A stretch of 64,000 bases of DNA from Octopus sinensis (GCF_006345805.1 NC_043013.1:34534001-34598000), one strand, 5' to 3'. Shown: positions 38,105-53,270, counted from the first letter of the stretch. Numbers and translations: made by a program. Notes: generated by a model not told the origin, from the letters alone.

Positions 38105-38460
38105 TATAGATTAGCTCGCTAAGGAGAGAACAGATTACGGCCTGGTTGATTAACATGTAACTCTTTTAATGATGGATGAAATGCATCTGCTGCTTTCTCC
38201 ACCGAAACAGGTGAGTAGAAGTGTATGGCAGATGTGGGTGTTTGAGGTGTGGGAGGAGTGGGGGGGTACGGATGGGGCGTGGGTAACGTAGGGGAGGTGG
38301 TGAGGAGCAAAGTTTGTCGTTAGATAATCGCGCCATAATTAATAATGAATAATGCTAATCAGGACTAGGGAGTTGTAATCTTATCGCAAATACTGGCCAT
38401 GCAAGTTGACATTCTAATATTGTGTAAGAGAGGGTTAATTACATCTTAATTTTAATTATA
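38105..38460. promoter_or_regulatory. Candidate enhancer island
   Basis: Six TAATC/GATTA sites (38109, 38133, 38148, 38325, 38356, 38376), TAATT sites, E-boxes CATCTG 38184 and CAGATG 38229, retained CpGs. Confidence 0.35.
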
Positions 38461-38540
38461 ATATTGCCTAACACAAACACTGAATATATGTACATACATA
38501 CATACATATATATATATATATATTATATATATATATATAT

Positions 38541-38607
<67 letters not shown>

Positions 38608-38869
38608 TATATAATGTATATGTGTATGTGTCTCTATATATATTTATATTATATATACACACGCATATATGCACGCACAGATATGCAATATATATACAAT
38701 CATAAATACATATATATACATATATATATAAAGTGTGTGTGAATATACATTTTTGATATTCATATGCAGTGTTACTACATTACCTTGTTGTTGTTTTTTA
38801 CATGCAGGTAAGAAGCCTAGCTGTAGAAATAACTGATCCAACATCGAGCAAATGTGGAAACCTATATAT

Positions 38870-39724
38870 CAGTGGTTCCCAACGAAGGTCCATATGGCTG
38901 TTTAGGGGACCATATAAGATTTTGCTGTTAAAATTAATGTGCAATAAAACAGTTATACTTCTACAATACACAAAATATTTTAACAATGTTTTTTATACGA
39001 TTCCTAATAATATCTAATTCATCATTATTTAGTCCATTGCCCACTTTGGGATGGGTTCGACGATTTGGACAAGGTTGGTAAGACGAGAGGCTGCAATTAA
39101 CTCCCATCTGATTAGGCATTGTTTCATATTTCTTTATTGCCCACAAGGGGCTAAACATAGAGGGGACAAACAAAGACAGACAAAGGAATTAAGTCGATTA
39201 CATCGACCCCAGTGCATAACTGGTACTTAATTTATCGACCACGAAAGGATGAAAGCCAAAGTTGATCTCGGTGGAATTTGAACTCAGAACATAAAGACAG
39301 ACAAAATACCGCTAAGCATTTCACCCGGCATGCTAACGTTTCTGCCAGCTCGCTGCCTTCTTTATTTTAGTTCATTCCTATCTGTCTTCCTTATTTAAGT
39401 TTCTTTCCATCAAAATCAGTGGTTTCTATGGCTGGATGCCCTTCCTTACACCAACCTCTCTGAGAGTGAGATGTGTGCTTTTACATGCCAGCCAGTTGTG
39501 TGACACCAGTATCTGCCATGACTATAATTTCACTTGGCTTGATGGGTCTTCTTCTCAAGTACAGCATATTGCCAGATGTTTTGGTCATTTGTCATTGCCT
39601 CCGTGAAGCCCAGCACTCACAAGGTACTTTTCACATGCCACAATGGCAAAGGATGGGGGGGGGGTCCATTAGAGTAAAATAGGAATGAAAGGGGTCCATT
39701 GGAAAAAATAGTTGCGAACCACTG
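38870..39724. mobile_element. hAT-type MITE containing nested SINE D and SINE C
   Basis: TIRs CAGTGGTTCCCA / TGCGAACCACTG. Degenerate 8-bp TSD CTATATAT/CTCCAGAT. Confidence 0.7.
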
Positions 39725-42532
39725 CTCCAGATGGTCAACCAGTCTGCTAAAAATAGCAGCCAAATCTTTCTTAAATTACAACCCATCATCTTACAAAATG
39801 TAAGAAAAAATTGGCTAATGTAATTCTAGTTATTTTCAAAAACAGAATGGTCGTACTTCAAATGCCTTCTGATTTTGTGCTAATGTTGAGGAAACTGAGG
39901 AATTCTGCAGAGCTATGCTTAAAAAACAAGAGTTGCAGACCTATCTTATATTTTATACTTGATTTAGTCATTAGACTGTAGCAATGTTGGGGCATTGCCT
40001 TGAAGAATTTTCAGTTGGCTGAATTCAGGAATTGATTTTGATGGAAAGAAACTTAAATAAGGAAGACAGATAGGAATGCACTGAAATAGAGAAAGAATTA
40101 GAAAAATTGTTATGGTCAAAAATATACTTTTTTCATTATTTACTCAAAAGAAATAGCAATGCCCATTATCCATTCACAGGGCTTCTAAAGGAGGGAGGGA
40201 AGACAATCTGGTCTCATCTGGAGACCTGGTTCAAATGGACTCTACTGAAGACAAACAAGGTTCCAAGTGGTGATGTGAAATTAGGTGACAGGTGAAGATG
40301 CTTTACCCGAATAGGTCGTGATGGGATTTTAAATCAGAAGGTCAAGAGCTGAAACAAGGATACAGTAATGATGTGGACCAGTAGAATAAGGAACACCAGC
40401 ATATTGGTCAACCAAAACATGTTCAGATTGACCATTATGGAATAAATACAGAATTCAAAGAAGAGAGTTTCTGAAGAGAACCTCAATGATATGAGATACA
40501 AATTAGTAATAATAATGAGATTAATAATTGTGAGTTAAAAAGAAAACTAATTTTAGCAAAACTGGATACAATTATGAAATTAAGTGGAGAATTTTCATAG
40601 AACTGGAAATTGCAAAATGTTAACAAGACAACAAGCAAAATGGCAAAAAATAGGTAACTATCTTGAGAAATTTGTATCTGATTACAATTACTAACCATCA
40701 ATCCATCAGCCTAGATTAGTACTTTTTTCTTTTGAACTCAAAAGGATAAAAGTCAAAGCTGACTTCACGAGGATTTGATCTCAGTACACCATGATTCAGA
40801 ACAAATAATGCAGAGTAATAATGCTTTATATCTGACATTCTAATGATTCTTCAAATCAGAGTTGATCCTTCCAGTCATTATTATGTATATCTCTTGGTGA
40901 CTGAGGTTTCTCCTGAGGATTTTGACCTTGAGATGACAAACAAGCATGTAGGTTCCATTTACCAAATTTGCTTACAAAAAATCGGTCAGCCTGAGGGTAT
41001 AGTAGAAGATACTCGTCCAAGGCTCCGTGCAGTGGGACTGAACCCACAAACCCATGGTTACAAAGAGACCTCCTTAACCACACTTTTTATTCACAAGCAT
41101 AATTAATAAAACAAGGTATGTAATAGTATTTTCTTTATTTTCCCTAAATTCCTTTTTTTTTTATTATTTTAAAACGCTTTTTAATTTTCAAGATGAAGTG
41201 CAGCACTAATTTAAAAAAAATTTTTTTTTGTAGTTCATCTCCAGTGAGATACAAAACCAAAACAGACTGAAAGCCACTGGGTTAACAAATTGATTCTGTT
41301 TACCCTGCTAAAACTAATTCACCTAATTGATAATTACAGTTAAGCAGAATCGACTAAACCCTTGATGGAAATTAGAGGACAGAAAGAAAAAAAAAACTAA
41401 CATATATCCCCCCCCCCCATCCTCCCACATCATCATCATCATCATTAATATTTGCTGAAATCCTAGTTAACCTTTCTCTGAAATAAACACCATTTTATTC
41501 TGTATTTTATGTTGTTTTCTATTATTTACTTGGTATATTTTATCTTGCATGTTATTTCCTATTTTTAAGCAGTTTTATGTTATTTTGCTTTGCTTATTTT
41601 GTTACTGTATTTTCTATTATATATCATTTTCATTTGGAAATGTTCTGAAAGACAGTTAGGTTAAGAACATAGAACATAGCCTGATTATCTCACTTTAAAT
41701 GCCACAATAGTTTATGTACAACAGTTTACCTTTCATGTTTTGTCTTTAATATCCATTAATTAACACTACATAATTTTATATATTGCTTGTATACATATGT
41801 TTGTACCAACGAATTGCAGACAGTTAATTAAAAATCAATCAATCTACCTACCTCCCTACCTAGTTATTTATCTATCTGTTTATGTATCAAGCCATTTTTC
41901 TCTCTGCCCATCTTTCTAACTATCTAATCATTTGCTTAATCTCTCTCTCTATCTATTTACCAATGTATCTAGCCATTTATTCATATAATCTCCCTCTTTT
42001 CATCTGTTTCTGTATCCAAATAACTATCTAGGTTTCTTCTTGTCTTTCACTCCCTTTCTCTCTCATTTTCTGTCTACTTTTTTTTTTATCTATGTATCTT
42101 ATGTTCCCATATTTCATTCCAGTCATTTATATGTTTTGTTTCCTTCCAGAGCCTGTTCAGAAACATATAAACAAAAAAAAATAGACAAAAACAACAACAA
42201 CAGCACTAATAGAAATGGAGGTCAGACCTTCATCACATCAAGTCCTATCACATTTCAAAAAAAAACAAATTCATACTGTTTAGTTTAATCTTAGTCATAC
42301 TATAGTCTCAAATAAGTGAATTAAAGATGGTCAAAGCAAGAAGAAAATTTTTTACAGGTGAGAGATTAATAACTCAATCAAAAGAGGGAGGACCATACCC
42401 CTATCTCTCTTTTCAAGAGCTTCTGAGACTGATAAGATAAAGAGAAGATCATCCTAAGAAAGAAGACATATTCTTAATTCTTTTTAATAATGTACTCTTG
42501 TAAAAGTACACAAGGGCCAGGTATTGTGCTAA

Positions 42533-42745
42533 CCCTCTCACATTCAGATTAATTCTCTCAAATGTGATGCTTATTTACATTGTTTTGAATTAATCATGCA
42601 TTATTCCATAGCTTTGAGATTTTCATGATGCGATTGCTTATTTTTAGAATGACATTGTAAAATAGGTGTGAGAGGTTGGATCTGGCTGGTTTGACCATAA
42701 AACAGGTAGACTAACTAGGCTAGATATGGTCAGTTTGAATCCCAG
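42533..42745 (-). mobile_element. piggyBac-type MITE (family of 59779)
   Basis: Reverse-complement similarity to 8758-8977 and 59779-59987. Confidence 0.65.
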
Positions 42746-45524
42746 GTGATGAAACCTATTCAAGAACATGAATAATTGCGCCAATGCATTTCACACAGTT
42801 TTGGTCAAACAAATTCCACTCACAAGACTTTTATTGCCCAGGCACACTGAATACTTTTCCATTGCCTTCATAAGCCTGGGGCCTGATACTAATTTAAGTA
42901 TTGTGTAGTAACATCAGTGCAGTGCTTTGACTGGAGGCTTAGCACACAGTTACAACAACGCTGGATCAAATTGCTTTACAATGGGTTTGAAACACAAAAC
43001 ACATTGTTGCAAAGCGAACATCATATTCATACACTTATGCCTGATTAATGAAATAAGTATTGAATATTTTAATTGATAATATTAAATTCATCTATATTGC
43101 TTGATAAAATAAGCACCTGATATTTAAATAACTCTTAACAAAAAATAGCATAGAAAATATAAAATAGATTGAAATAGCTATACAAGTGTATGTATATATG
43201 ATTGTATATATGTATGTGTAAAGTAGTGCAATTTGAATATACACTCTGCGATTTGTACTATAATATGCATTTATATATCAGCAACTTACATTACATACAA
43301 ACTCTCAAGCATATATAAATTATGTTACATTACATTTATTCACACATCTTACATCAAACACTCAAGAAGTTCCAATTACATGACTGCTTATAATTCACAG
43401 GCACAAACATATAAGAACTTAATATATAATTGATACAAACACACATCATCACACGTATGCAAATATATATATATATATATACAGATGCAGACTACTTCTC
43501 TCTAAAGTTCTATACCCAACCTCACAAATGTATGAACACAAACATACACACACACACACACACACATGTATACTCAATACTTTGAATTAATATGATAATT
43601 GCAAAGATGAAACACTTCATATTATCTTATATTTTGTTTCAAATTTCCTTACAAGTAAATTCATTCAATTTGTAACTTAATGCAATTTGATGTTTTTCAC
43701 ACAGTAGCAAGAACAGAGGAGCAATTTTTAGGCCCATATTACAAAAAAAAAAAATTAAAGTAAAAAGAAAAATAGGCAAAAAATATACAAAACCATGATA
43801 AATATAACTTTTTTTCTAAAATTAAATAATATAAAAAAAAATGTATTCTTTTGACTTTATTTGATTAATATATTTATATATATATATATATATATATATT
43901 ATCATTTACAATCAACATTGTTACCAAAATTATTATCTTCGAAAATAAAAATTATTATTACAGTTATTATTATTATTATTATCATCATTAAATTATCATC
44001 ACTATTACCACCATCGTGATCGTCTTCATCATCATTGTGAATTTCTTTTCATCAAATTCCTTATCATAATTTATTAATATTTATCATCATCATCATCATC
44101 ACTGATATTTCCATTGTATTGTTACCCGTATTGCATTATGCTGTTATCATACTTGTTACTATTGTTATATATATATATATATATATATTTCTTGAAGTTA
44201 TCAATATTTTTTTTACAAAACACACACATACATAAAAAATGCAGCAATAACAAAGAAATTTAGACACACACGTGTACATACACACACACAAACACACATA
44301 GGGGAGGAGAAAAAATGATTTAATTTAAATTCCTCAAGTTGCATTTGTGTGAAAAATAATCCCCTTTGATAAGCAGTAATATTAAGTAATACAATAAAAG
44401 TATTATTGATATGATATAAATAAGATGAGTGTGTGTATGGCTGAGTTTTCATTGTCTAATTATATATATATTATATATATATACACACACAAACACACAT
44501 ATTGGGGTTAAATTATATATATACACAATACATACACATTATATATAATATAAATACATAATCATAAATATATTTGGGTAAATTACATATATACATATAA
44601 TTATTTATTTGTGGAAATTACATACGTATATGTACACACACACACACATATATATGTATATATGTATGTATAAAATTTAATTTTTATTCATATATATATA
44701 TATATATATATAAAGTTTGTGAGTGTATGTTTGTTTGAGTGTGTGTGTGCGGAGAGAGAGAGAGAAACAGGGTAACTAGATAATGAAAATCAATAACACT
44801 TCCCATTTCTGAATAATATATATACGTGCATATATAAATGTGTGTGTGTGTGAGTGAGTGAGTGTATAAGTGTGTATGTGTGTTTGTAAGTGAGAGTGTG
44901 TATGACAAATTTAAAATAAACACAAAATCATTATTAAACAAAATTGGTAGATAACAGCAACAAATAATCTAATAATAATGATAATAATAATAATAATTAA
45001 TGAAATAATCGCAGTAACAAGAACAACATTAATAAAAAAAAAAAAGGTAAACGTAAAGTTATCTATAAACTTGTCTACAGATTAAAACTCTGTTTTATTG
45101 TTGTTGTTTTTTAAAAGAATACAAACATTAATCAGTTGAAAGCTAAATAAATATATTTTCACAAATAAATATATAATCAAATATATTAAAAAGTAAATAA
45201 AGTGCAATTAAATGATTTTACTGTCAGCAAGCATGCAACATATAATGCGCAATTACTGATGTGTTAAGGTTTGAGATGCTCGTAATTATGTGTCCATGAG
45301 TTCAAACCTTGTTAGTACCAACTAGTGAGTGTGTTGAGTATATGCTGGTTGTTTGACGGGCTGGATATAACAGCCAAATCTCCCTTAAATTACTCTACCT
45401 TTGTCTGAATAAGTGAGAGAAAATGTAGATTATGGATTTTTAGATATGCAATAAGTGGGAGAATAATGGAAAAGTTATGGCTGTATTAAGGGGGTAAAAA
45501 AGATGCTTAGTATCGTAAGTGCAC

Positions 45525-45673
45525 ATGTAGCTATGTGGTTAGAAGATTGTTTTCCAACCGCATGGTTCCAGGTTCAATTCAACTGTGTGGCACCTTGGGC
45601 AAGTGTTTTCTACTCTAGCCTCAAACAGACTTGTGAGAAGATTTGGTTGATGGAAACTGAAAAAAAATTGTGC

Positions 45674-45737
<64 letters not shown>

Positions 45738-46570
45738 ATGTGTGTGTGCATGTGTGTCTCTGTGTCTGCCACCACAACCACTTGACAACTGCTACTGATG
45801 TGTTCACATCCCTATAACTTAGCAGTTCAGCAAAAGAGACAGATAGAATATGTATCAGGTTTAAAAAAAAATAAGTACTACGGTCGATTCCTTCGACTAA
45901 TATATTTCATTGTGGTGCCCCAGCATGGCCTCAGTAAAATGACTCAAACAAGCAAAAGGTAAAATGGTAATAAGCCAATAAGGAAGATTTTTAGGGACAG
46001 CTCAACCTGCAAGAATTGGCAGCCAGATTTCCCTCAAACCACACCCTTAACAATCAGATTAAAATAGGGAAAAAACACTGGATAAGAAGCCCCTTAATAG
46101 ACTATGTCTAAAAATAATAGGCAGGATGGTTAGAAAAGGGGATACCTTTGATAATGGACCCACTGGACCAGGAACGACATATCTACCAAGAAATAGAATT
46201 GGCATTTTGTTGCAAGTTGGCTGTGTGTTGCTTCCCAGCCACATGGTTCCAGGTTCAGTCCCACTGTGTGGAACCTTTGGCAAGTGTCTTCTACTACAAC
46301 CTTGGGCCAACCAAAGCCTTGTGAGTGGATTTGGTAGACGGAAACTGGAAGAAGCCTGTTGTGTATATATATATTTATTTATTTATATGTGTGTCTTTGT
46401 GTTAATGTTTGACCCCTGCGCCATCACTTGACAACTGATGTTGGTGTGCTTACATCTCCGTAACTTAGCGGTTTAGCAAAAGAAACTGATAGAATAAGTA
46501 CTAGACTTATAAAGAATAATTCCTGGGATTGATTGTTTCGACTAAGAACACTTTAAGGTGGTGCTCCAAA
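45525..46570 (+). mobile_element. Two composite SINE A+B copies (45525-45965, 46219-46570)
   Basis: Head/microsatellite/tail architecture. Confidence 0.8.
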
Positions 46571-47159
46571 AAAATAAGCAGTTATTTTTTGCTTCAATAA
46601 ACTTAACATATTTCAAGAAAAAATAGTTTCGTCATCACCACCACCACTATCATCATCATCATCATCATCATCATCACTGTCATCGTCATCATCATCATTG
46701 TCGTCATCACCATCGTTATCAGTCATCATGTCATCATCATCAGTCAGTCATCATCATCATCGTCATCATCATCATAACTGTCATCGTTTAACATCTATGT
46801 TTCTTGCTGGCATAGGTTTGAATGGTTTGACAGGATCCAATGCATCCAAGAACCGCCTCATGCTTCGTCTGTCTCAGCATGGTTTCTACACCTTTCCTGT
46901 TGCCAACCACGTAACAGTGTGCACTGAGTGCTCTTTTTCTTGTCGCCTGCACTACTGAGGTCAATAAGCAGCTCACATGACTAAAACCCCAGGGGCTGGT
47001 GTAATTTCATGCTAGGGATAAGAGTTCTGAATTAGGAGAGGGTAAAAGGTAAGAGTGCAGGTTCACCCCTTCATCGTTCTTTTCTGTATCACTCCTTCCT
47101 TGGTTCATAGCTCCAAACTCATCCACCCTTCAACCCTCTCTATTTTGGCAGTCTGCTTC

Positions 47160-47600
47160 CCCATCCCAACATTCTAAATTGTTAGATCAGCTGCATCACA
47201 AAACTCCAGAAGCCTTACACTTGAGCTGTATCCATAACCTCCATGTTCATTATCAAAGCCATCAAAGTGTTGACCAACATGTGAGTTGAAGTCACCAGCA
47301 ACGATAATGAGATTGTTGACACTTGGCCCAAAGGTAAACTACAGAAGGGTCACGTATAAGTGATCCTTCTCTTCCTCTGGCAGTCATGCCCTATGGTGCA
47401 TCATACACCCTGACTACCTCTATTACTTTATCTATCCATCTCTCAGCTATCAGTGTACCTACCCAGCCTTTGCTGTCACTATTGCTCACCAAGAACAGTT
47501 TGAACTGCTGTCTCCTATCCATGAGGAGTGTAGTTGAAGATCCTTTCCATCTTACCTCCTGCACACTGCTCATACCTTCTTATCTCTGCGATCACCTACC
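47160..47600 (-). pseudogene. RTE-clade LINE endonuclease relic
   Basis: VQEVRWKG..AERWIDKVIEVVRVYD, then GLPEEEKDHLY..IIVAGDFNSHVGQH and HGGYGY..RLLEFCDAADL. Confidence 0.9.
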
Positions 47601-49538
47601 TTTAATTATGCTTATGTTTTAAGTCACCACCCTAATGCTTTGGAACCTACAGAAGAAGGGGACCTATCTTCTGCTAAAGGCTGCTTGGTTCTTTGTTGAT
47701 CACAGTCTGGCTGCATAAGGAGTTAGAGAAGTTGAGCCATTTTTGGTCAGCAGATTGATAAATTTTTCCATTTCATTAAAATCATCAGCATTCATTCATT
47801 TATTTATTCCCCAAAATTTTTTGCTATTCAAAGAGTTTTCTAGCAACATATAAAATTAGAAAACGAAAGTAAAATAAGCAGATAGGACAAGCTTCCAATA
47901 GGACAAGCTTTCCCAATGCAATGAGGAATATTATTGTTATGCAAACTTACTGTGACTGTAACTGATAGGGAACTAGAGCAAAGGTAGTTATGCCTCTATA
48001 TGAGGGTTGGGGATCTGGATATCATCATATGGAACAGGGAGCAAGAAATATGAAAGAGAGAGAGACTCCTGATATTGGTGGTGGGAGTGGGTAAAAGTGG
48101 GAGAATTGCAAACAAACTAGCTACAGATCTCGTGGGAATGAACAGAGAACAGTCTTAAGGAAGAAATTTAAACAGGCCAACAAATCATGAAAGAAAGAGA
48201 AAGAAAACCAAGTATCTCAATAAAGTGGGGTTGCACAAGGTTAAGGTTTAATAGTAAGTCACAGAGGAACGATGATAAAACTAAATATTTGCTTGGAGGC
48301 AAAAATGGGAGAAAGAGAGAAAGCCTTCTGTAGTTAATGTTGATGAAATTTTGAGTGGATGTATCTGATTTCCGCATTAAAAGCCTTAACAAAAAACATC
48401 TGACTTAGTCCCTGCTAGAAATAGTGACCAAATCTTCTTCATCACATAGTTATGCTATTCTAAAAAAAAAGCAAGGATATTCTGGAAAAGGTAACCTTTG
48501 ATATATTCTCTATGAAAAGGAAAACAAACAAAAGAAAAGGATGAGTAAAACTGGGCCATTTTTGACCCCCTCCCACAGCTTGCCTAATCAAGATCAAGTT
48601 GAGGCAACATAACTGTAACAGGAACAAACATAATTTTAATCTGCTGTTTTGGATAACTGAGTTAATTTGTCATCCAGTTTAGCACTACTTTGGTTGTGTC
48701 TGTGGGGGTGCATGGCTTAGTGTTTAGGGTGTTGCGCTCATGATCGTAAGATTGAGGTTTCAGTTCCTAGACTGGGTAACAAGTTGTGTTCTTGAGCAAA
48801 ACACTTCATTTCACATTGCTCCAGTTCACTCAGCTGACAAAAATGAGTAATTCTGCAAAGGACTGGCATTCCATCCAGGTGGAGAATTTACATGTCATAG
48901 AAACCTGGAAATCAGCTCTTATGAGTCAGCATGACTTGAGAAAGTAACTTTCTTTTATATTGTTTGTGTGTGCTTTAGCTGAAGTCCAGTCAGATTTTGT
49001 AAAAAAGGAAGCATGGGTGTTGTATAAGGAGACCATATATCATTTCCAATATATGAACAAGACAGAGAAAGATCTCAGTTTACACACACACACAAACATA
49101 CAGAAAATGAACAAGATTTCTTTGAATGTTTAATTCAATATTCCATCAAATGAAGGTAGCAAGCTGGCAAAAATGTTAGTACGTCAGGTGAAATGCTTAG
49201 CGATATTTCGTCTGTTGCTACATTCTGAGATCAAATTCCACTGAGGTCGACTTTGCTTTTCATCCTTTCAGGATTGATAAATTAAGTACCATTTGCGTAC
49301 TGGGGTCAATCTAATTAACTGGCCCCCACCCCAAAAATATCAAGCCTTGTGCCTAGAGTAGAAAATAATATTCCATCAACTGCAATTTTCAATTTAATAC
49401 TTTGTCAACAGTTCTTATTAATTATGATAACGTTTTTTTTATAATTTTTAATTTTTTCCTTTAGTTGGTTTTATAGTTTGTCCAGTGGGCCAGTCATAAA
49501 TGTTTAAACTAGTTTATGTAATCTATGCTACTTCAGGA

Positions 49539-49674
49539 ACAAGAGAACCTCAAGGACAAGAACACCTCAAAGACAAAACAACATCTGGGACAAGGCAATT
49601 TCAAGGACAAGGCAGCATTGAAGACAAGGCAACTTTGGGAACAAATCAATCTTAGGAATAAGGAAACCTTGGTG
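49539..49674 (+). repeat. Degenerate 17-bp minisatellite, 8 units
   Basis: ACAA (ATAA in the last unit) recurs every 17 nt (49539, 49556 ... 49658), e.g. ACAAGGCAATTTCAAGG. Confidence 0.85.
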
Positions 49675-50317
49675 GCAAAGTTGATGCTGGTGTCACAACA
49701 AAATGCACCCAATACATTCTGGAAAGTGACTGGGAATAGGAAAGATATCCAGTTGCCAAAAGTAAGCCAGAAATGAAACATAAATGTGTGATATGGTTTC
49801 CCCCAAATGATCTAAGAGAGTAATAGCTCTGAAAAGAACCAATTCAGTCTATGATGACTCATCAAACCCATGCCAGCACTGAAAAGAGGACGTGAAACAG
49901 ATGAAAATGAAGATGATATATATACATGTTTACATGTTTTTGTGTCTATGTTCAGATATCTGAATGCAGCTGTGTATCGTGTGTGACTAGCGCCAAGTTA
50001 ATTCTGTTAACACATTGACAGTTAAAAGGGACGTAAGCAAACAAATAAATCAAAACTGAAAGTGAGAGAGATGGTGGGGGGGGGGAGAGATGAAGAGAGA
50101 GGGAGAGGGAAACAAGGAGATACATGGCAAGAGACACAAAGTGATCCAAGTATAATTCAGCTAGAAGAAGAATGGTTGGCAGAGGATCGTTTGAAAGCCC
50201 ACTTAAGAACCAGTGTGTGTGTGCATGTATAGCCAAATAGGGCTACTAAGATATATATATATATATGAATGTATGTTTGTATAGATATATGTGTATGTAT
50301 AGATATATATGTGTGTT

Positions 50318-50356
<39 letters not shown>

Positions 50357-50925
50357 ATATACATGTATGTGTGTATATATATGTATACATATATGTATAT
50401 ATATATGTGTGTATATATATATATACATATATGTTTATATATATGTGTATATATATATATGTATATATATGTGTGCATATATATGTGTGTATAAATGTAT
50501 ATATGTATGTATGTATGTATTTATATTTGTCTGTGGCTAGTACAAAGCTGAAACTATGCACTAAAGTTAGGTAGAGGTGTACATACATGTGCATATATAT
50601 GAAGATAGAGATAGAGAGAGAGAGATAGAGAGAGAGAGAGAGCTAGATAGAGATACAGAGAGATAGATAGATAGATAGATAGATAGACAGATAGATAGAT
50701 AGATATGTATTATGCCTGCATGAATGTGTGTGTGAAATAGAGAGAGGTGAGGTATATAAGTTGAAACTGTTCTAATTCAACATTTATACCTGATGTTGTG
50801 AAGTCACACTTGCTTAAAGCGTAATCTTGATAATATGTAATAAATTATATATGTATATGGAACATAAAAAGAAATATATGAAATACACATAGATGTGCGT
50901 ATACAGACATATGTATGCTTGTATG

Positions 50926-50975
<50 letters not shown>

Positions 50976-51113
50976 AAGAAAAACAAAAAAAACAATATAA
51001 TAAAAACAAATATCTAACTTAAATTGAAAGTAAAGAAACAAAGAAAAATAGAAAAGAAGTAGACAAACATAAATATTAAATGATTTTCCCCTCATGCATT
51101 AGTGTGTATATAT

Positions 51114-51144
<31 letters not shown>

Positions 51145-51276
51145 CACACACACAGACACACATATATAATGCATATGTACATATATATATATACACACAC
51201 GTATGTATATGTATGTACGTACACACACATGTGTGTATATATATATATATATATATACATACACATATATGTGGTG

Positions 51277-51314
<38 letters not shown>

Positions 51315-52825
51315 GTCTGTATACATGTGTGTGCGTATGTGTGTGCATACAGGGTAGTACCAAAATTTCTATGCTTTTCTTTATGATGTGAAGATAATGT
51401 TTGCATTTGAAGTCAGTTCAAAGTTCAATAGAAGTTCTTTTACTTTCTCAGTCTCACCTCCTCTTTTCTTTTTTTTGCATTTGATAAAGATATTTTACAA
51501 ACTGCCTGATGCTATTTTATTGCTTTCTTCCTGATGAGGATGATAATAATGATGATGATGATGATCATCATCATCATCTTGATAGTGATGGTGATGATAA
51601 AAGTGATTGTTATTATTGTTATTATTATTATCACAAAGGCAGCAAGCTGGCAGAATTGTTAGTGCGCTGGACAAGATGCTTAGTGGTGTTTCATCTGCTG
51701 CTATGTTCTGAGTTCAAATTCTTTCGAGGTCGGCTCTGTCTTTTGTCCTTGGGCGGGTGGCGATGAAATAAGTACCAGTTATGCACTGGAGTCTATGTAA
51801 TCGACTTAATCCCTTCCCCAAATTTGAAGCCTTGTGCTTCCAGCAGAAAGGATTATTAAGGAGGAGAACTGGCAAAATCGTTAATCAAGCAAGGCGAAAT
51901 GCTTAGCGGTATTTCGTCTGCTGCTACATTCTGAGTTCAAATTCTGCCGAGGTCAACTTTGCCTTTCAGCCTTTTGGGGCTGATAAAATAAGTACCGGTC
52001 ACACACTGGGTTTGATGTAATCCACTTAACCTCATCCCCACCCTAGCTGTCCTCATAGCAAAAATTTGAATTCATTATTATTATTATTAAAGCAATGAGC
52101 TGACAGAATTGTTTAAACACTGGACAAAACACTTACTAACTTTCTCTTTCTAACTCTTTTACATTCTGTGTTCAAATTTCACTGATGTCAACTTTACTTT
52201 TTATTCTCTCAAGGGTCAATCTGGGGTCAATCTAAGATTAAATACTAGTCAAAGCACAGGTGTGGCTATGTGGTAAGATGCTTGCTTCCCAACCACATGG
52301 TTTTGGGTTCAGTCCCACAGCATGGTACCTTGGGCAGGTGTCTTTTACTATAAACTCGAACTGATGAAAGCCTTGTGAGTGAACTTGGTAGATGGAAACT
52401 GAAAGAAGCCCAATGCATATGTGCGTGTGTGTTGTGTGCATGTGTGTGTTTGTCCTACACCACTGCTTTTCATGCTAACATCTCTAGCTTTGTGGCAGCA
52501 ATTTATAACAATATCATTGGGCAATATGCTGTGCCTGAGAAAACCTGCCACCTGAGTGGCACCTGTGCTGGGGGCATGTGGAATCACCATCTGAATGTGG
52601 TCGATGCCAGTGACCTCCGTCTGGCTCCCATGCCAGAGCATGTAAAAAGCACCTACTACACTCTCAGAGCGGTTGGCATTAGGAAGGGCATCCAGCTGTA
52701 GAAACCTTACCAGATCAGATTGGAGCCTGGTGCAGTCAAACCATCCAACTCATGCCAGCATGAAAAACAGGCGTTAAACGATGATGAATGATAATTTTGG
52801 CACTAGGCCATCAATTTTTAGGATA

Positions 52826-53047
52826 TTCTCTTTCTCCTTTCTCTTTTACTTGTTTCAGTCATTTGAATGCAGCCACGCTGGAGCACCGCCTTTAGTCGAG
52901 CAAATCGACCCCGGGACTTATTCTTTGTAAGCCCAGTACTTATTCTATCAGTCTCTTCTGCCGAACTGCTAATTGACGGGGACGTAAACACACCAGCATC
53001 GGTTGTCAAGCAATGCTAGGGGAACAAACACAGACACACAAACACAT

Positions 53048-53104
<57 letters not shown>

Positions 53105-53270
53105 TACGACAGGCTTCTTTCAGTTTCCGTCTACCAAATCCACTCACAAGGCATTGGTCGGCCCGGGGCTATAACAGAAGACACTTGCCCAAGATGCCAT
53201 GCAGTGGGACTGAACCCGGAAACATGCGGTTGATTAGCAAGCTACTTACCACACAGCCACTCCTGCGCCT
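52826..53270 (-). mobile_element. Composite SINE A+B, young copy
   Basis: CpG-rich and near-identical to 63635-64000. Confidence 0.9.

Noticed and set aside
42900-45300. A-rich stretch resembling the 3' UTR of a minus-strand gene
   Set aside because: No terminal coding exon or unambiguous poly(A) site found. Strand skew alone also fits an intron
49525-49776. 83-aa ORF
   Set aside because: Overlies a 17-bp-period repeat, which is not codon-phased
50795-50830. CTGATG..TGTG/CACA..AAAGCGT hammerhead-like string
   Set aside because: Core and stems too degenerate to support. CTGATGA hits at ~3238, 25793, 51530 and 52367 likewise lack stem II/GAAA geometry
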